64,000 nt of DNA, taken from the NCBI RefSeq assembly GCF_009914755.1, contig NC_060927.1, one strand, 5' to 3'. The position numbers were made by a program, and so were the translations under genes. Below, in pieces: positions 17,583-39,411 of the stretch. Each line of letters starts with the position of its first letter. Position 1 is the first letter of the stretch. The notes beneath the pieces were generated by a model that searched no databases, was not told the DNA's origin, and saw only the letters and a program-made list of their open reading frames with translations. This DNA comes from the human T2T-CHM13v2.0 reference genome, Homo sapiens.

Positions 17583-18415
17583 TACTCCTGGTACCAGGCA
17601 CTGTTTCAGACTCTGGGAAATCCATAGTAAAACAGATACCAGCTCTGCACTCACAGAGCTGACATTCTAGACTCTAGAATCTATAAGGAAATGTATAATT
17701 AGGCACATAATAATAAGTGCTTTGAATAAGAATAAAGCAGAGTAAGTGGGGGGAGGAGTGCTATTTTATACATGGTATGTCTGATAAGGTGATATTTGAG
17801 TAGAGACCTGGGGTAAGGGAGCCAGCTATGCAGTAGTAAGGCATAGTGAGATAAGTAAGACAGAGAAAGCATCAGGTGGAAAAGCCCCCTAGTAGGAGTG
17901 TGCCGGATATCTTCAAGTCACAGAAGGAGGCCACTGTGGCCAGTATTCAGTGAACAAAGGTATAGCCATAAGAGGTGAGATCAGAGGGGGACTGGAGGCC
18001 CCCATCATGTAGGGCCTTATTAGGACACAAGAACAGCTCACCTTTACCTGAATGAGATGGGAGCCTTTGGAAGGTTTTGAATAGACATATAACATGATTT
18101 TGATTTAAATTGTACAGTAATCTCTCAGGCTGTTATGTGGAGAATAAAGTAGGTGCGCAAAGATAGATCTGGGAGACTAGGTGTCTACTGCAATAGTTCA
18201 AGCAAGAAATGATAGTAGCTATGAAAGTAATCAGTAAGAATGGGTGAGAATCTGACTATATTTTCCTTAAATATGTTAAACAAGAAGGTTGATAACACTG
18301 AATCATCCAGTCAGTGGATGAGCCATTCCACTAGAGTGGGTAAATTATTTTCCAGTTTTTTGTTCATGGTCGGTAAAAACAAGCCTCTGATTTTTGCCTG
18401 TTTTTTTGCCCATAG

Positions 18416-18503
18416 GTACCAGCATGTGTTACATAGAAATCTCATTTATTTGGCTACCATTGCAGATGCCAGTCCAACCAGCACTTCAAAAGCAATGGAA
18501 TAA
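18416..18503 (+). CDS. SS18L2: SS18L2 coding exon 3 (YQHVLHRNLIYLATIADASPTSTSKAME*)
   Basis: Acceptor tttttttgcccatag|; LHRNL.YLA..AD SSXT motif; TAA ends at 18503. Confidence 0.97.
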
Positions 18504-18964
18504 TCTTTCAAAAGCAATAGAATAATCTTCCATTTGGCTGTCGTGAGGAGTAATTGAATGTAATCCATCTCTTACAAAATGGAGACAGGGTCTTTACCAA
18601 CTCAACTGGTTAAAACATGAATGAAACCTCTGTGGCTCTTTCGAAACGTGAAAATGTGAAGAAAGCTACTAACTTAGCTGTATTCTCATGTAAATATTTT
18701 TTAAATAATTAAGCAAATCCCTCAATAAGTTGAGCCCAGGTGTCCTCTTTCCTGAACTTGGAGCATGTTTGGATAACAAAGACATCACTGGGATGTTCAA
18801 GTCTACTTTTTAGTTTCAACCTGAAGAGGAAACTCAGTAGGTGTTGGGCAGGAATTGGTGAGATTCCTGACTTGATACCTTGCTAAATGGACATGTAACT
18901 GTGTGCTCCTTCCTATCAGTTTGTAAATGTGGTCCCCCTGACTGCTGTTTTCAGATTGCTTTGA

Positions 18965-18970
18965 AATAAA
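18965..18970 (+). terminator. SS18L2: Candidate SS18L2 polyadenylation signal AATAAA
   Basis: First canonical hexamer I can see after the stop, ~460 nt downstream. Confidence 0.6.
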
Positions 18971-19956
18971 GCTTATTTTTCTATAAAATACTGATGTGGA
19001 GGTATAGAAGTTTTCATGTAATAAGTATTCCATTTGGTTTTCAAGAATAACTGTGAGGACTTAACCATAAAGTATATAAAAACAATACTATTATCATTGC
19101 CAACAAAATGAATAGTGATTTCTAATTATTATCTAATATCATCTGATAATAGATGATGTTTAATTTTCTTCAGTTATCAGATAGTCTTTTTGTTGATTTG
19201 TCTGAACCAGAATCCAAATAAGATTCACATGTTGTATTTTGTTGATGTTCCTTTAAGTCACTTAAAGAATACTTAATAGTTCCTTTTTTTCTTTATTTGT
19301 TGAAATAACTAGGTGTTTACCCTAGAATTCTCTCGTGTTCTACATACAGTTGTATCTCTGTAGTGTTGTTAATTATGTGCCACTATCATCCACTTTTCCT
19401 GTAAACTAGTAGATCTAGAGGCTCATGCAGACTCATGTTCTAATATTTTTAGCAGGAATATATTAGAAGGTGATAAGTACTTGCTTTTGCATCACATAAG
19501 GAGTGACCTGACTTTTAAGTTCCCAACCAGCCTTTCACTTAAATTATGATCCACCCAGCTTTGATGTGGTAATTCATTAGGGATTACATAATGAGGATTT
19601 TCTAATTTATCATTCTTTCTGACTTTATTAGCTGTATTCTATAAAAAACTTTCACTCTTGGAGATTTATCTGAAAGATGAGGCAAAGGGATTCTTGTAAG
19701 TATATCCAAAATTAGAAGCCCAGGTCCCTGCTCCTTTTTTTGGAGTCAAGGGTTGCAACCTAGGGCAACTGTAAAATACATGTAAATAGTGAAGAGATAA
19801 CTCATTTTGAATCCCAGCTCTATCCCTTAACCTCTGAAAGCTCTGTTTCCTCACCTCTAAAGTGAGGATAATGAAAATAGCATCTGCCTCCTGAGGTTGT
19901 GAGACTGAGATAACGTGGTTGAGAACTGGGCACATGTTAATCTATGTTAGCACTAA

Positions 19957-20315
<359 letters not shown>

Positions 20316-21267
20316 GATCATTTCTGTTTTCTAGAAAATTATTTTGTCTGTTTCCCCACTAGCATTCCTGATGGTTTTCCAGAGTCCTATCCCCTGAAGT
20401 TCTAATTGCTGGCATAATCACACTCTAAAAGGCTGAACCCCAGAATCATTACCTGAAAATTCGTACTACCAGTGGTTCTTCTTCATGATAAATCATGGAC
20501 AAATTAAGCCTGAGTTTGTAAACTCTTTGGATACCAACTTTCTACCACTCTTGGAAGAGATGGAGGAGGTGTCAGTCATTTTGGTTGATACTAGCCCTAG
20601 GCCTGCCTTGTCCCAGGAGTTTCTTCACCTTAATCACAGACCAAATTGCATACTTTTATCTTCGAATCATCTAAAATATAATTTCAAATCACAAGACAGA
20701 ATAAAATAATCTTTGAGAGAGGCAGAACCTTAGAAAGGAGATATTTTATCTCATTTATTTTACAGATGAAGAAAGTAAACTTCAGAGAGATCAAAGTGAT
20801 TTGTCTCAGGTCACATAACCAGTGGCAGAAAGAAGAGAATTGCTGGAATGTCAAGATAAGAATGAATTCTAGGTTTAAAGTTGTTTAAGTATATCCCAAA
20901 TTAAATATTTCATTCCTGAGCTCTAAAACCTATTTACATTGAAGCCTGATGTCCTAAACACGGTAATTACAAAGCTGGGTAATGGTCTCCATCCTTTCCT
21001 TTCATGAATCCATGTATGAAAGTTAGCTTTATCAAACTATTTCATCTCCAGAAAGGCATGTACATTTCATACTGTTCAAGTCTGTAATTGTCAGCAAAAT
21101 CAGACCCAAGACCGCTAGCTTCTCAATTCAGCCTACAGACTGCTCCTCTAATAGACACACTGGACTCTCAGGGAGGTAGAATGGGCAAGCTCTAACAAAG
21201 GACAGCACTTCTGTGATGGTGTGGAAGTACCAAAGGTTTGACTGTACTTTAAAAAGGTGACATGGAC

Positions 21268-21605
<338 letters not shown>

Positions 21606-21611
21606 TCAAGC

Positions 21612-21816
21612 TTGTCCAACCCGCCACCCAGGGGCCACATGTGGCCCAGGACAACTTTGGGTGCAGCCCAACACAAACTCATAAACTTTCAAGAAATATG
21701 AGATTTTGTTGCAATTTTAAGCTCATTGGCTATTGTTAGTGTTAGTGTATTTTATGTATGGCTGAAGACAATTATTCTTCCAATGTGGCCCAGGTAAACC
21801 AAAAGATTGGACACCC
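21612..21816 (+). mobile_element. MER30-like DNA transposon
   Basis: ttgtccaacc...ggccacatgtggcccaggac ... aaaagattggacac inverted ends. Confidence 0.75.
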
Positions 21817-21874
21817 AATCTAAGTGAGCCCAATTTCCAAATTTACTATAAAACTACATTAATTAAAACAGTGT

Positions 21875-22900
<1,026 letters not shown>

Positions 22901-22944
22901 GTGTATATATATCTATAGATCTATAGATATCTAGATATCTGTAG

Positions 22945-23258
<314 letters not shown>

Positions 23259-23404
23259 ATGTAATGTGTATTTTATAGTTTAAAAAAAAAACTTATAAAA
23301 TAGTGTGGTACTCAGACACAGATCATTGGAACAAAAATCCAGAAACAGACCCACACATATATGGTCACAAGGCGAAGGTAATTCAATGTATAAGAGTCTT
23401 TTCA

Positions 23405-23796
<392 letters not shown>

Positions 23797-24639
23797 TCAT
23801 ATCATAGACTTACACGTTAAAGACTATGTAAAACATATATGAGAACACAGAATATCTTCAAGAACTTGAGGTAGGCAGAGATTTCCTAGCACAGGAAAAG
23901 CACAAACCATTAAAATATAAAACTGACCAATTGACTTAATCAGAATTAAAAACTTCTTTGCCAAAAACGTCAAAACAATGAAACGACAGGCCCAGATTGG
24001 GAAAAAGACTTCGCAATCATTTATGTAACAAAAGATTTTCATTCAGAGCATACATATATCTAACAAAACATTTGTATCCAGAACTGTTAAACACGAAGGA
24101 CCAGATTTAAAAACGGGCAGAAGACTGGAACTGAAACTTCACAAAAGATGCAGAATGGTCAGTAAGCACAGGACAAAAACGGTGCCAGTGACGCTGGTGC
24201 CAAAGCGGGAAGGAACGCATTCTTCAGCCTAAAAGACCTAACAGTAGGACACGGACATAACCACTCCCGGCCAAAAAGAACACAGAGCAACACAACGTCT
24301 TGGCTAACGAAAACTCAAAGCCTCAATTCACTCAGTTCCTTCACAGCGCTCGGAAACAGAGAAGTCTCGCGGTATCGGAAAATGCGCGGCGCTCACAGCC
24401 ACACCTGACGAGATGGAGGGCGCAGGCGCATCCACGGCTTTCAGATTGGGCGACTGACTTCAAAGGGGGGGGCAAACAGGGAACGCGCAGGTATAGGAGC
24501 GCTGGCTGGAGGCTCCTCGAGAGCTCCCCAGACACGCCCCCGTGCGTACGCCCCCGTGCGTACGCCCCCGCTGCCGCCACCTTCGGTTGACCACCCCCAT
24601 CTAGACTGTACTCTCGCGGTATTTGTCCCGACTCTCGCG

Positions 24640-24772
24640 GGGTTTAGCGTGGCATTGGGAGGCCCGGCCTGGGGGAGGAGACGGCGTTCCGTTAGCGGCG
24701 TTGGGGTTTGGCTGCAGTGGCAGTGCTTTCTCTTCTGCTCACGGGGACCCGCTCAGGCTGGAGGCCAGCCAG
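24640..24772 (+). other. NKTR: NKTR non-coding exon 1 (start approximate)
   Basis: Donor CAG|GTGAAG at 24772; pairs with acceptor ctctcccag| at 24977. Confidence 0.7.
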
Positions 24773-25000
24773 GTGAAGAGCTCGCCCGCATGCGTGCGCG
24801 CTGCGTGGGAGCCGCGAGGCCCGGGGCGGGAGGGGGCCTCGTCTTGGCCTCCTGCGCTGTCGCGACGGGCCGGCGTGAGGCACCGTGGCGCGGACTTCGT
24901 CTCAGCCCCGCCCTCGCCCCTGCCCTCGCCCCCGCCCTCGCCCCTGCCCTGACCGCTTTTCTCCCCCTCTCTCCCAGCTCTTGCCGCCACCTCGGTCGCG

Positions 25001-25058
25001 ATGGGGGCGCAGGACCGGCCGCAGTGCCACTTCGACATCGAGATCAACCGGGAGCCGG
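25001..25058 (+). CDS. NKTR: NKTR exon 2 coding part (MGAQDRPQCHFDIEINREP)
   Basis: gcgATGg; cyclophilin first-strand motif FDI; donor CGG|GTGAGC. Confidence 0.96.
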
Positions 25059-26109
25059 GTGAGCTGGAAACTGGGGAGCGCTGCTGGGGCCGAGGCCTGC
25101 CTTGGCGAAGGGGAGGGGTCTACCCTCAGCAACCCTCCCCCGGCCTTTTTGGGAGCGGGTAGGAGGCGCAGGCAACTTTCCGTTTTCTCTTGAGAGAAAA
25201 TCAGTGGGAGAGGAAGGTGGCCTGGGCACACCCCTAACTCGCAGTCCGGGCCTCTTCCTGCCAAACCCCACACACCCCGCTGCATCTCCGGACTGAGTCC
25301 TCGTAGCCAGCCTGGCGCCAAGAAAAGGAGGTGCAGTTCTTTGAGGACTTTTTCTCTCCCAGTGTCTCCGTGAGGCAGACACTCCCGATCCGATTTCCGG
25401 TTATCTTGCTTGGTGCTATGAAGTTTCAACTAGTAGGAAATATTGTGTGTTTCCTAATCACGATATATCACTAATATGTTAATTTTGCCTCTATTTTTCC
25501 TTAAGAATCTTTAGCTAGAATTTCGTGGTTCCTGGGAAAATGGCTTAGTGAAGATCTTTTGTGATAAACCAGAGCATTTTGTACCAGCAGAATTGCAGCA
25601 TGCATGCACTTAGCATTAATGTTTGTCTTTAGGGAATCCAGACATTTGTTAGTGTATTTTTTTTAAATGAAACATTTCCTTCTAAAGCATAGTTATTTCA
25701 TTCTAAGTAGCAGAGCGTGCAGGGTTTCAAACTGTTTTCTTAGCTTTTTTTGTTATCCGTGACAAAAGTTTTAATTGGAGACATATATATATGTGTTGTC
25801 TTTGTGCAACATCTTGTTCTGCATATTCTTATGAGAGCCTGCTACTGTTCTAGGGTCTGGAGATAGAGCAGCGCATAAAACAAAGGCCTCTTCCTTTTAT
25901 AGTTTATATTCTATTGGGGGGAAGACGGACAACTAGGAAAAAAATAACAGTGACTTGTAGTTGGGATACTATTTTAATAAGTTGGTCAGACAAGGCCATT
26001 TTGAGAAGATGAGATTTAAGCAGGTATCAGAAGGAGATGAAGTGAGCCGTATTTAAGAAGAGCATTCGTGGTAGAGGGAAACAGCACAGCCCTGAGGTGA
26101 GGAGTAGTA

Positions 26110-26429
26110 TACAGTCAGGCGCCAAATGACATTTCTATCTTTAACAATGGTCTTATATATAATACCTTTTTTTGGTAACTTTTTAATGTTTAGCTGTGTT
26201 TAGATATACAAATACTTCATTGTGTTAAAGTTGCCTACGGTATTCAGTGGAGTAACATCCTGTACAGGTTTGTAGCCTAGGAGCAAATAGACTATATAGC
26301 TTAGGTGTGTAGTAGGCCGTACCATCTAGGTGTGTTTAAATACATTCCATGATGTTCACACAATGACGAAATTGCCTAATTACACATTTCTCAGAATCCG
26401 TCCTGGTTATTAAACAATGGAGGACTGTA
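26110..26429 (+). mobile_element. Tigger3-like DNA transposon within L2 fragments
   Basis: tacagtca ... gtttgtagcctaggagc ... catttctcagaa ... gactgta. Confidence 0.75.
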
Positions 26430-26740
26430 CTTGCATGTTTGAGGGACAGCAGGGTGCCCAGTGTGGCTGGAGTAGAAGAGGAAAGAGAATAGTAAGAAAT
26501 GGCCTGTAGGACTGACTCAGTGAGGTAGGAAGATATTAAAGGGTTTCGAGCAAAGGGATGAGATAATCCTGGAAATTTGGTTGCCTTCTCTCTCTTTTTA
26601 ATGTTTTTAGCCTTGATTGATCTTTTTTTTTTTTTTTTTTAAATAAGTGTTACTAGAAAGCCTTGATGGACCTTAATCTTTATTTTGTAGTGAATCCATG
26701 CTTTAGATAACAGGGTTATTTTCTATTAAGAATTAAAAAT

Positions 26741-27379
<639 letters not shown>

Positions 27380-27703
27380 CAGCTTAAGAAAAAGTACAAA
27401 TAAAAATTTCTGTAGTTAAGTACTCCTTTCCTAGTAAATGTTCAGATCCTAGATTTGCACATAACCTGTGTTGTGAAAAATCTCCAGAATATGTTTGACA
27501 AATGTTCAATGAACCTCATTCCTCAACATCCAAGGCAATTCATTGTGATAGATGTGTAGATGTGATTAGCACTCTTGAGAACGCCGAATCATATAAAACA
27601 AGGAAATGCAATGCTTACATTGTTCTAGGTTTAATCATTTGATAGTTGGAAATTTCATATGGTTCAGTCTTGTGAAATAACTAGCACTTTTTGAGTATAT
27701 TAA

Positions 27704-29340
<1,637 letters not shown>

Positions 29341-30667
29341 TATGTTTAGATTTGCTTTACTGCTTAAGATTCATAAAAACAGACTGGAAAATGTGTTTTT
29401 AGCAAACATTGTAAAGTATTTAGAAGTGATACCAAGAAATTAGTCTTAAGAGGCGACAAAGGATTCAGGCAAATGTTTGAGTACTACTTGTGTCCTTGGT
29501 CAAGCCGTTTAACAACCTCTTTGTGAAATGGAACTACTATACAGTTTTGTTCTTAATTTGGTTCCAAAGCTAACAGGACAGGAAAATTTGCTTATATTCA
29601 AAATTAAACTAAACTTTAGACTCACATTCAAAATAGCTCATACTTCGAGTGAGGTATATGGGATCTGGTTTGTTCTGAGGGAATAGGAGAAATGCATCTC
29701 CGCTCTCAAGGTCACCCTGGGTCATAAGCTCATGAGTAGAGTGACTAGATGCAATGGCCTGAAATTTAAATGACTTGCACTGTATATGCTCATTAACCTG
29801 TTATATTATTAACCTAATAATAGGACTCCAGTGTAATAGTGCTTACATAACAAGATTGTTGAGAAGAGTAATTAAATAATGCCATCTTATAGATTGTATT
29901 AGAGTAACATGAACTTACTCTAATAGGGTGGATTAAGGAGCACAATTTTAATTAGGCACACTACTGTTTGGTATAACAATCGGATAAGCAGGTGGGGAAG
30001 AGTGGCGTGGGAGAGAACAGTTGGATAGCTCTGCTGCTCTGAGTCATTCTTGTTTGTCCTAACTGATTTGAAGGCCACTGTGCTAATGACAGTGCTGGGA
30101 ATGGAGGCAGAAATGAGGTTTGGTCAGTTGTAGGGTTTCCTCAATGATGTTTAGATTTTATAACGTCCTCTTATAGCTAAAATTTATTATTGATACTCCT
30201 AAAGAAAAAAATATTTTTACTGCAACTGGAAACTCCCTTGTCCCCCCCAGTTCCCATTTTTATATGGAAATAGTTATTTTTATATGTGATTTTCGATAAT
30301 GCAGTGTTTCTTAAAATTCTATCACTGTTCTTGTAGAGCAGTCTGTATTTGTTAAGTATATATAGCACAGTATCTGATTTTTTTTTTAAGTTGCTTTAAG
30401 TATTGCATGTGCAGGAGTATGGACACTAAGTCAAGTTAAGGGGCTTTCATATTTAGGTATTGTGCAGGTAGACCTTTGATTTTGGTCCCTTTTGTTCCCA
30501 GAGATTGTATCTTAAAGTCCGAGAGACAGTGCTGTAAAGTGAAATCCTGAATTCTTGCTTTCACTCCCTATGTATGTATACTTGTACAAAGAATTGAAGC
30601 CTGATTCTTAATTCAGCAATGTTTATTTTATTAAACACCAATTAATCTTTATGTAATCACTTTTTAA

Positions 30668-30988
<321 letters not shown>

Positions 30989-31676
30989 CTGATACGTAAT
31001 CACTTTTGGTGACTGTAGTTTACCCTCATATGAAGATACCTTGTATTAGTTAGGCTAAATGATAAGATTGGTTCTAACATAAAGGTTAAATAACAGTACT
31101 TACAACAATATAAAAGTTTTGCTTTTCTGTCACACAGCACTCAGAATCAGCAGATCAGGGCTGTCCATGTGAGGGATCCAGGCTCTTTTTGTGTCGATAC
31201 TGTGTTACTTTTGACATGGGGTGGGTGCGTGCGGCTCTTAACAGAAAGATTCAAGTTTAATAGATACAGAAGAATTGATGGAATCAGAAGAATCATCATT
31301 TTGCAACCCCCATGGTAATAACTGGTTCAGAAAGTAGTCATCAGTGGCCAAACCATAGGTGAAAAGTTGTGCTGTGTGCAAAGTATCCAACAGATTATTT
31401 ATTTAAAATGGAGGAAAATTCCTTTACAACTAAGATGTGGCTAATATCTCAGTTATAAAGGTACTTTAATGGGTCCGACTGACATGCTTTCTAATGGGGT
31501 GCAAAAAAAAAAAGATGGAGACTGTTTTAGATTAAAAGAGGCCAACAAATGAAAACCAAATGGGTATATAATGCTTGAATGAGATTCCTGGATTTTAAAA
31601 AATAGATGTATATTTGTCAGTAAACTAGAAGGAACTCAAATGCTAATCAGTTGAGGATTGGTTGAGTAAAATTTGA

Positions 31677-33293
<1,617 letters not shown>

Positions 33294-33999
33294 GCTATGG
33301 AGTAGATGATAATCACTATTAAATTTCTTTGGTGTAGTAATGGTTTTGGATTTAAGTAGCAGAATATCTTTATTCTTTAGGAATATAAGCTGAAGTATTA
33401 ATAATTAGGGGTGAAGTGTCACAGTGTCTTTAACTTTCAGTTTGTTCCAGAAGATTGTGTGTTTAGAGAGGGATAAATATGGCAAAACATCTTTGTAGAT
33501 TTGAAAATTTCAAAACAAAAGTTCAAGAAGGGGAATTGCACATTTATTCTTTCAGACAACCTTCAGGATCATTTTGTCAAGTTCCCTCAGAAATCTCACT
33601 GGTATTTTTGAAGGTTGCAATTAAGTTATTATAGGTTACTCTAGGGAATATTGGGCACATTTGCAATTTTGAGTCTTGTCTAAGAACAAGGTATCTCTCC
33701 CTTTATTCATGTTGGCATTATGCCTCTCAAAGTTGGAGTTTTGTTTTTATAGATCCTATACTCTTATGGTTATGTAGGTAGAATGTTTCTTGTTGTTTTT
33801 GAGAATGTGATTTTTACTGTATTTTGTTCTACTAGTTCTTGTTTGTCATAATATAAATATCAACAACTTCAGTATCTGTTGGTATTTCAGTTGGTTCTTT
33901 TGGGCTTTCTAGGTGTATAGCTAATGTTTCAAATGGTGATAAATATGCTCTTTTTTACTTGTAAATCTCTCCTATTGTCCTCTTATCTACTTACATTGA

Positions 34000-34304
<305 letters not shown>

Positions 34305-35456
34305 TACATTGACTAGAATTTCTGAAAGAGCATTAAACAGTAGTGATGCTAACAACTACTTTTGACTTGTTTCCTGCTTCACTGGAATTAATGCTACAGG
34401 AGTGTTTCACCATTAACGATAATGCTGATTGTTGATTTGAAAAATATCTGAGAATATGTGTGTCATATAAAGGAATGAATGTTGAATTTCTTTTTTTTAA
34501 TTTATATTTTTCTTTTTTAAAATTTATTTTGTTGTTTCTGTAGTAGATATGAATGTTGAATTTCACCGTGCACTTTTGGTTTCTATCGTGGGATTTTTTT
34601 TTTCTATCATGGGATTTTTATAGGATTTTTCCTTCACTTCAATAAACTATATTAGTAGATTTCCTAATGTTGAATAGTGTCTCTTTTAAAATGAGATTGG
34701 CATATGGGGTTTTAAATTTGTTTTATATCATCTCTCCCAGGCTTTGGTTTCGATTTTATTTTGTTTCAAAAAAATTAAGCTTTTCATCTTTTGCTGTGCT
34801 CTAGAACAGTTGATATAGTGTTACACTTTAATGTTACTTGAAGATTAGAAGTAATTCATCTATATCTAAAGAATTAATAGCAGCACTCTTTTGGATAGTT
34901 AGCAGCATTTTAGTTTCTTTATTGGGCCTGTTTTTTATCTGTATACTATCTTATAATTCTTTTTTCTAAATTTTGGTATTCTTCCTTTTATCTTCCTAAG
35001 TGATTAATTTATCTTTAGTTTTATTCATTAATGAAAATATTTATGACTATATGCAGTGATCAGGATAAATAAGTGGTATTTAACACTTTTTGCATTGTCA
35101 GACCTGGCAGCTCTAACATCTGACCTCATTTCCTGACATCCTGGCCCTTTGATTCTCTGATCTGCACTAATATCCTCATCATAACTACATGAGCCAGTAA
35201 ATATGTTCTCTTTTGAGTTTTTGCTTGTACTATCTGCAGGAAACCTTTAGCTGGGTGTTTATGGACATGTCATGGAAAAAGCTTCATGTGGCTAAATAAT
35301 TAAGTTGTTTCGGCCTTATATTTTATGTTTTTCTGGCTATTTCCTTTGTTTTATATCTTTTACTAGGTTGCTGCCCCTCCCACCAAAGAAGCTTGAAAGA
35401 TGTAAAATATTGTTAGTTCTACTTGTGAATACCTGTTTAAGTATGCTTAAACCCTT

Positions 35457-36112
<656 letters not shown>

Positions 36113-39054
36113 TACATTATTTTTATATCACAGGCATGAGAAAAGTTCATGATATGTTAGTAGAGCAAGGTGCAGTACAGTGTGCATAATCTACCATTTT
36201 TTAAAGGAAGAAAAATAAGAATTTATCAATATTTGCTTGTGTATGAAAAGAAACTGGAAAAATACACAGAAAATTAATGAAAGTGAGTACCTGTTGATAG
36301 GGTTGGGAAACAAGGCTTCTCATCCTGTACCTTTTTCCACTGATTTTTGAGTCATGAGAACATTTCCTATTCAAAAGAAAGAACATTTTCAGATGGTACA
36401 TAAAAAAAATTTTGCCATTACATAACTTTGTTTCCTAATACTGATAACATTTAAAACCATAATTAACACTGTTTGCATTGTCATACCTGGCAGCTCTAAC
36501 ATCCGGCCTCATTTCCTTTTATTTTAAAACCATAATTATAGTGATTTAGGTTTAATTTTGTAATGTAATATATTCAGTGCCCAATGCCACTCTTCCTACT
36601 AGTTCTCATTCATTAATTTTTTGACTTATATCTCAGGGATATGTATTCAAATAGATATTTCAGGATAAAATGTATTTCCTTTGCTAGGTATAGAATTCTT
36701 GTTTCACAGCCTATTCCTTAAAAATGGTAGACTGTGCTCAGTTGTCTCCAGTTTGTAATATAAGGTGTCTGAAGCTGGTCTTCTTTCTTTTTTCTTTGTG
36801 AACGATATGATTCTACTGCCTGGATACTAGGAGGCTTTTTTTTCCATTTATGTCTCCAAAACTAAATAGCTTTATTAATTGATATCTTGGTGTTGCTCCA
36901 CTTACATATTTTTTCCTGGTATGTAGTGAATAATTTTAATCTGTATATTTGGGTGTTCCTTCATTTATGAAAGTATTTTGTAAATCTGTCTTTGAATAAT
37001 TTTGTTTTGAGTATTATTATTATTAAATATTTATTGAGCACCTAACTGTACCAGGCACTACGTAAGTCTCTGGGGATATAGTGGTAAGTAAAGCAGTCAT
37101 GGTCCCTATCTCTCTGCGGTCACACACAACAGTCAGACCTAGGTTATATATAAGTGCCCTTAGTTCATACTAATGATAGCTCATATTGTGTAGCAGCTGC
37201 ATTTCCATGTGTCATTCCTAGCCAAGATGTGAGCTTCTTGAAACTTAGGCACTACGTTCTTCTTGAAACTCAGGCACAACAGTATATAGTACTGTTGGAT
37301 TCCCTGACATATGGGTAAGATCTCAGTAAATAATATTTGAGTAAATGGCCCGATGTTATGCTGCTCCTGTTTCTTAATCTTCTTCCTAGATTTTGCTCTT
37401 GGCCTACCTAGTGTGATCTGTTCTTAACCTTTGCTCTTTTCCTCACCCCTTGCTTGTAATTAATTGTTCTATGGGCTATTCTTTGCCTTCTGTAGTTTAT
37501 CAACCTCTGCAACATTTTTCTAATTGATGCTCACTTTTCCAACTACCATATCATCTATGTACATAATACATGTCTCCTTTTTAAACCATTGAATCTGCAA
37601 TTCCAGCGCAACTATTTCTGAAAACAAGGAACAGTATTGAAAGATGATGTTTGATTTTATTCCATCTGTGTACTTGGTGATTTTATTCCTTTCACCTAGT
37701 GGCCAAATCAGAATCTACACCATGACATAGACTTTTCCTGTCTGTAGTCAAAGCTTAACATGTGTTGATATTACCTGATTAATCTTAATATTGTTCCCCT
37801 GTCTTATTTTTAAGGATCTGCATGTTGGTATTTTCGGATTAAATTTAGAAACTAGTCCTGCTTTGTGTCATTTTTGTCCTTAGCCATGTATAAAAGCAAC
37901 ATACTAATGTTTACACTAACAGTAGATTTTAGTCTTATTATAGAGCTGTGTATCTATTGGCATAACATTAATTCTGTGGACGAAAACTATGTATAAGAAT
38001 ATTATCAATAGTATTGACTGATTCTTGAACTCCTGGTTTCAAGTGATCCTCCAGCCTCTGCCTCCCAAAGCACTGGTATTACAGTGCCCAGCCGGTATCA
38101 ACTGATTCTAAAAGATTACTAAATTCCACTAAATTATAAATAGTATTTGTTGAGTAACAAATTTTTCTTAGATATTATTTATTTAGTCAGCAGCAGTTTC
38201 CAAAGAGGCATCATCAGCAGGTGTTCTTAACTCTTTACAGAGATGGGGTTACTGTCACACTTATTTTTCTCATCAGTTTGGGAGCCAGAGAGACTTACGC
38301 AAATTCATTCCAAGTCTGTCCTTTATTGTAACTACAGCTTAATTTTTTTATCTTCAATATGTTTTGTAATCATAGTTTATGCTTGCCATCACCGAAAATA
38401 TTTACTAACTAAACTAGTGAACCACATTGACTTTTTTTTTTTTTTAAAGACCATACCTTTAGAATATTGTCTATTTTGAGTTTCAGAATAGAAGTATCAT
38501 CACATGGTAGCCTGTTTTCTATAAAATCATACAATTCAATAAAAAATATTTGTTGAAAACCTGTTAATCTTGCTAATGAGCTTCAGTTCAAGTTAGTATT
38601 TGCTGATCTGTATCCTGTAGTGTTCAATCTCAGGATTTAATTTGAAGGGAATTAATACTAGGTTACCTCTTTATAGGTATAAATCATAATGCTGTTTTGT
38701 TTTTTTGACCTTGGTTTTTGTTTTTAAACCCTTCAAATTGCATATATACTAGCATTTTAACTTAAGAAAGTCTCAACTAATGTCTGAATATCCATAGTTC
38801 AGCCTTTGCCATGCTTTGCAAACCTAATTAGGTTAATGTGTTTTTTTCAGGATTTTAAAATTATTTTTCTTATGTGCCAGGTTTAATCTTGCACCTTGTT
38901 ATTGAGGCAAAAACAATTCAGTTTTGTTGTATTTTTCCTCTTGCTCTTAACAACATAATGCCATAGAGGAGATAAAACCTCTACTCTATCCTTTGTGCCA
39001 TGAGGTTCGGAGGGCAAAAGACTTTTTTTTTTGCTCCAGGCTAGAAGAGGGTAA

Positions 39055-39411
<357 letters not shown>

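Larger units (their letters stand above)
24280..25400. promoter_or_regulatory. NKTR: NKTR CpG-island promoter
   Basis: CpG island; NRF1-like gcgcaggcgca ~24420, ATTGG ~24445, EGR-like CGCCCCCG repeats, three TCTCGCG motifs. Confidence 0.85.
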
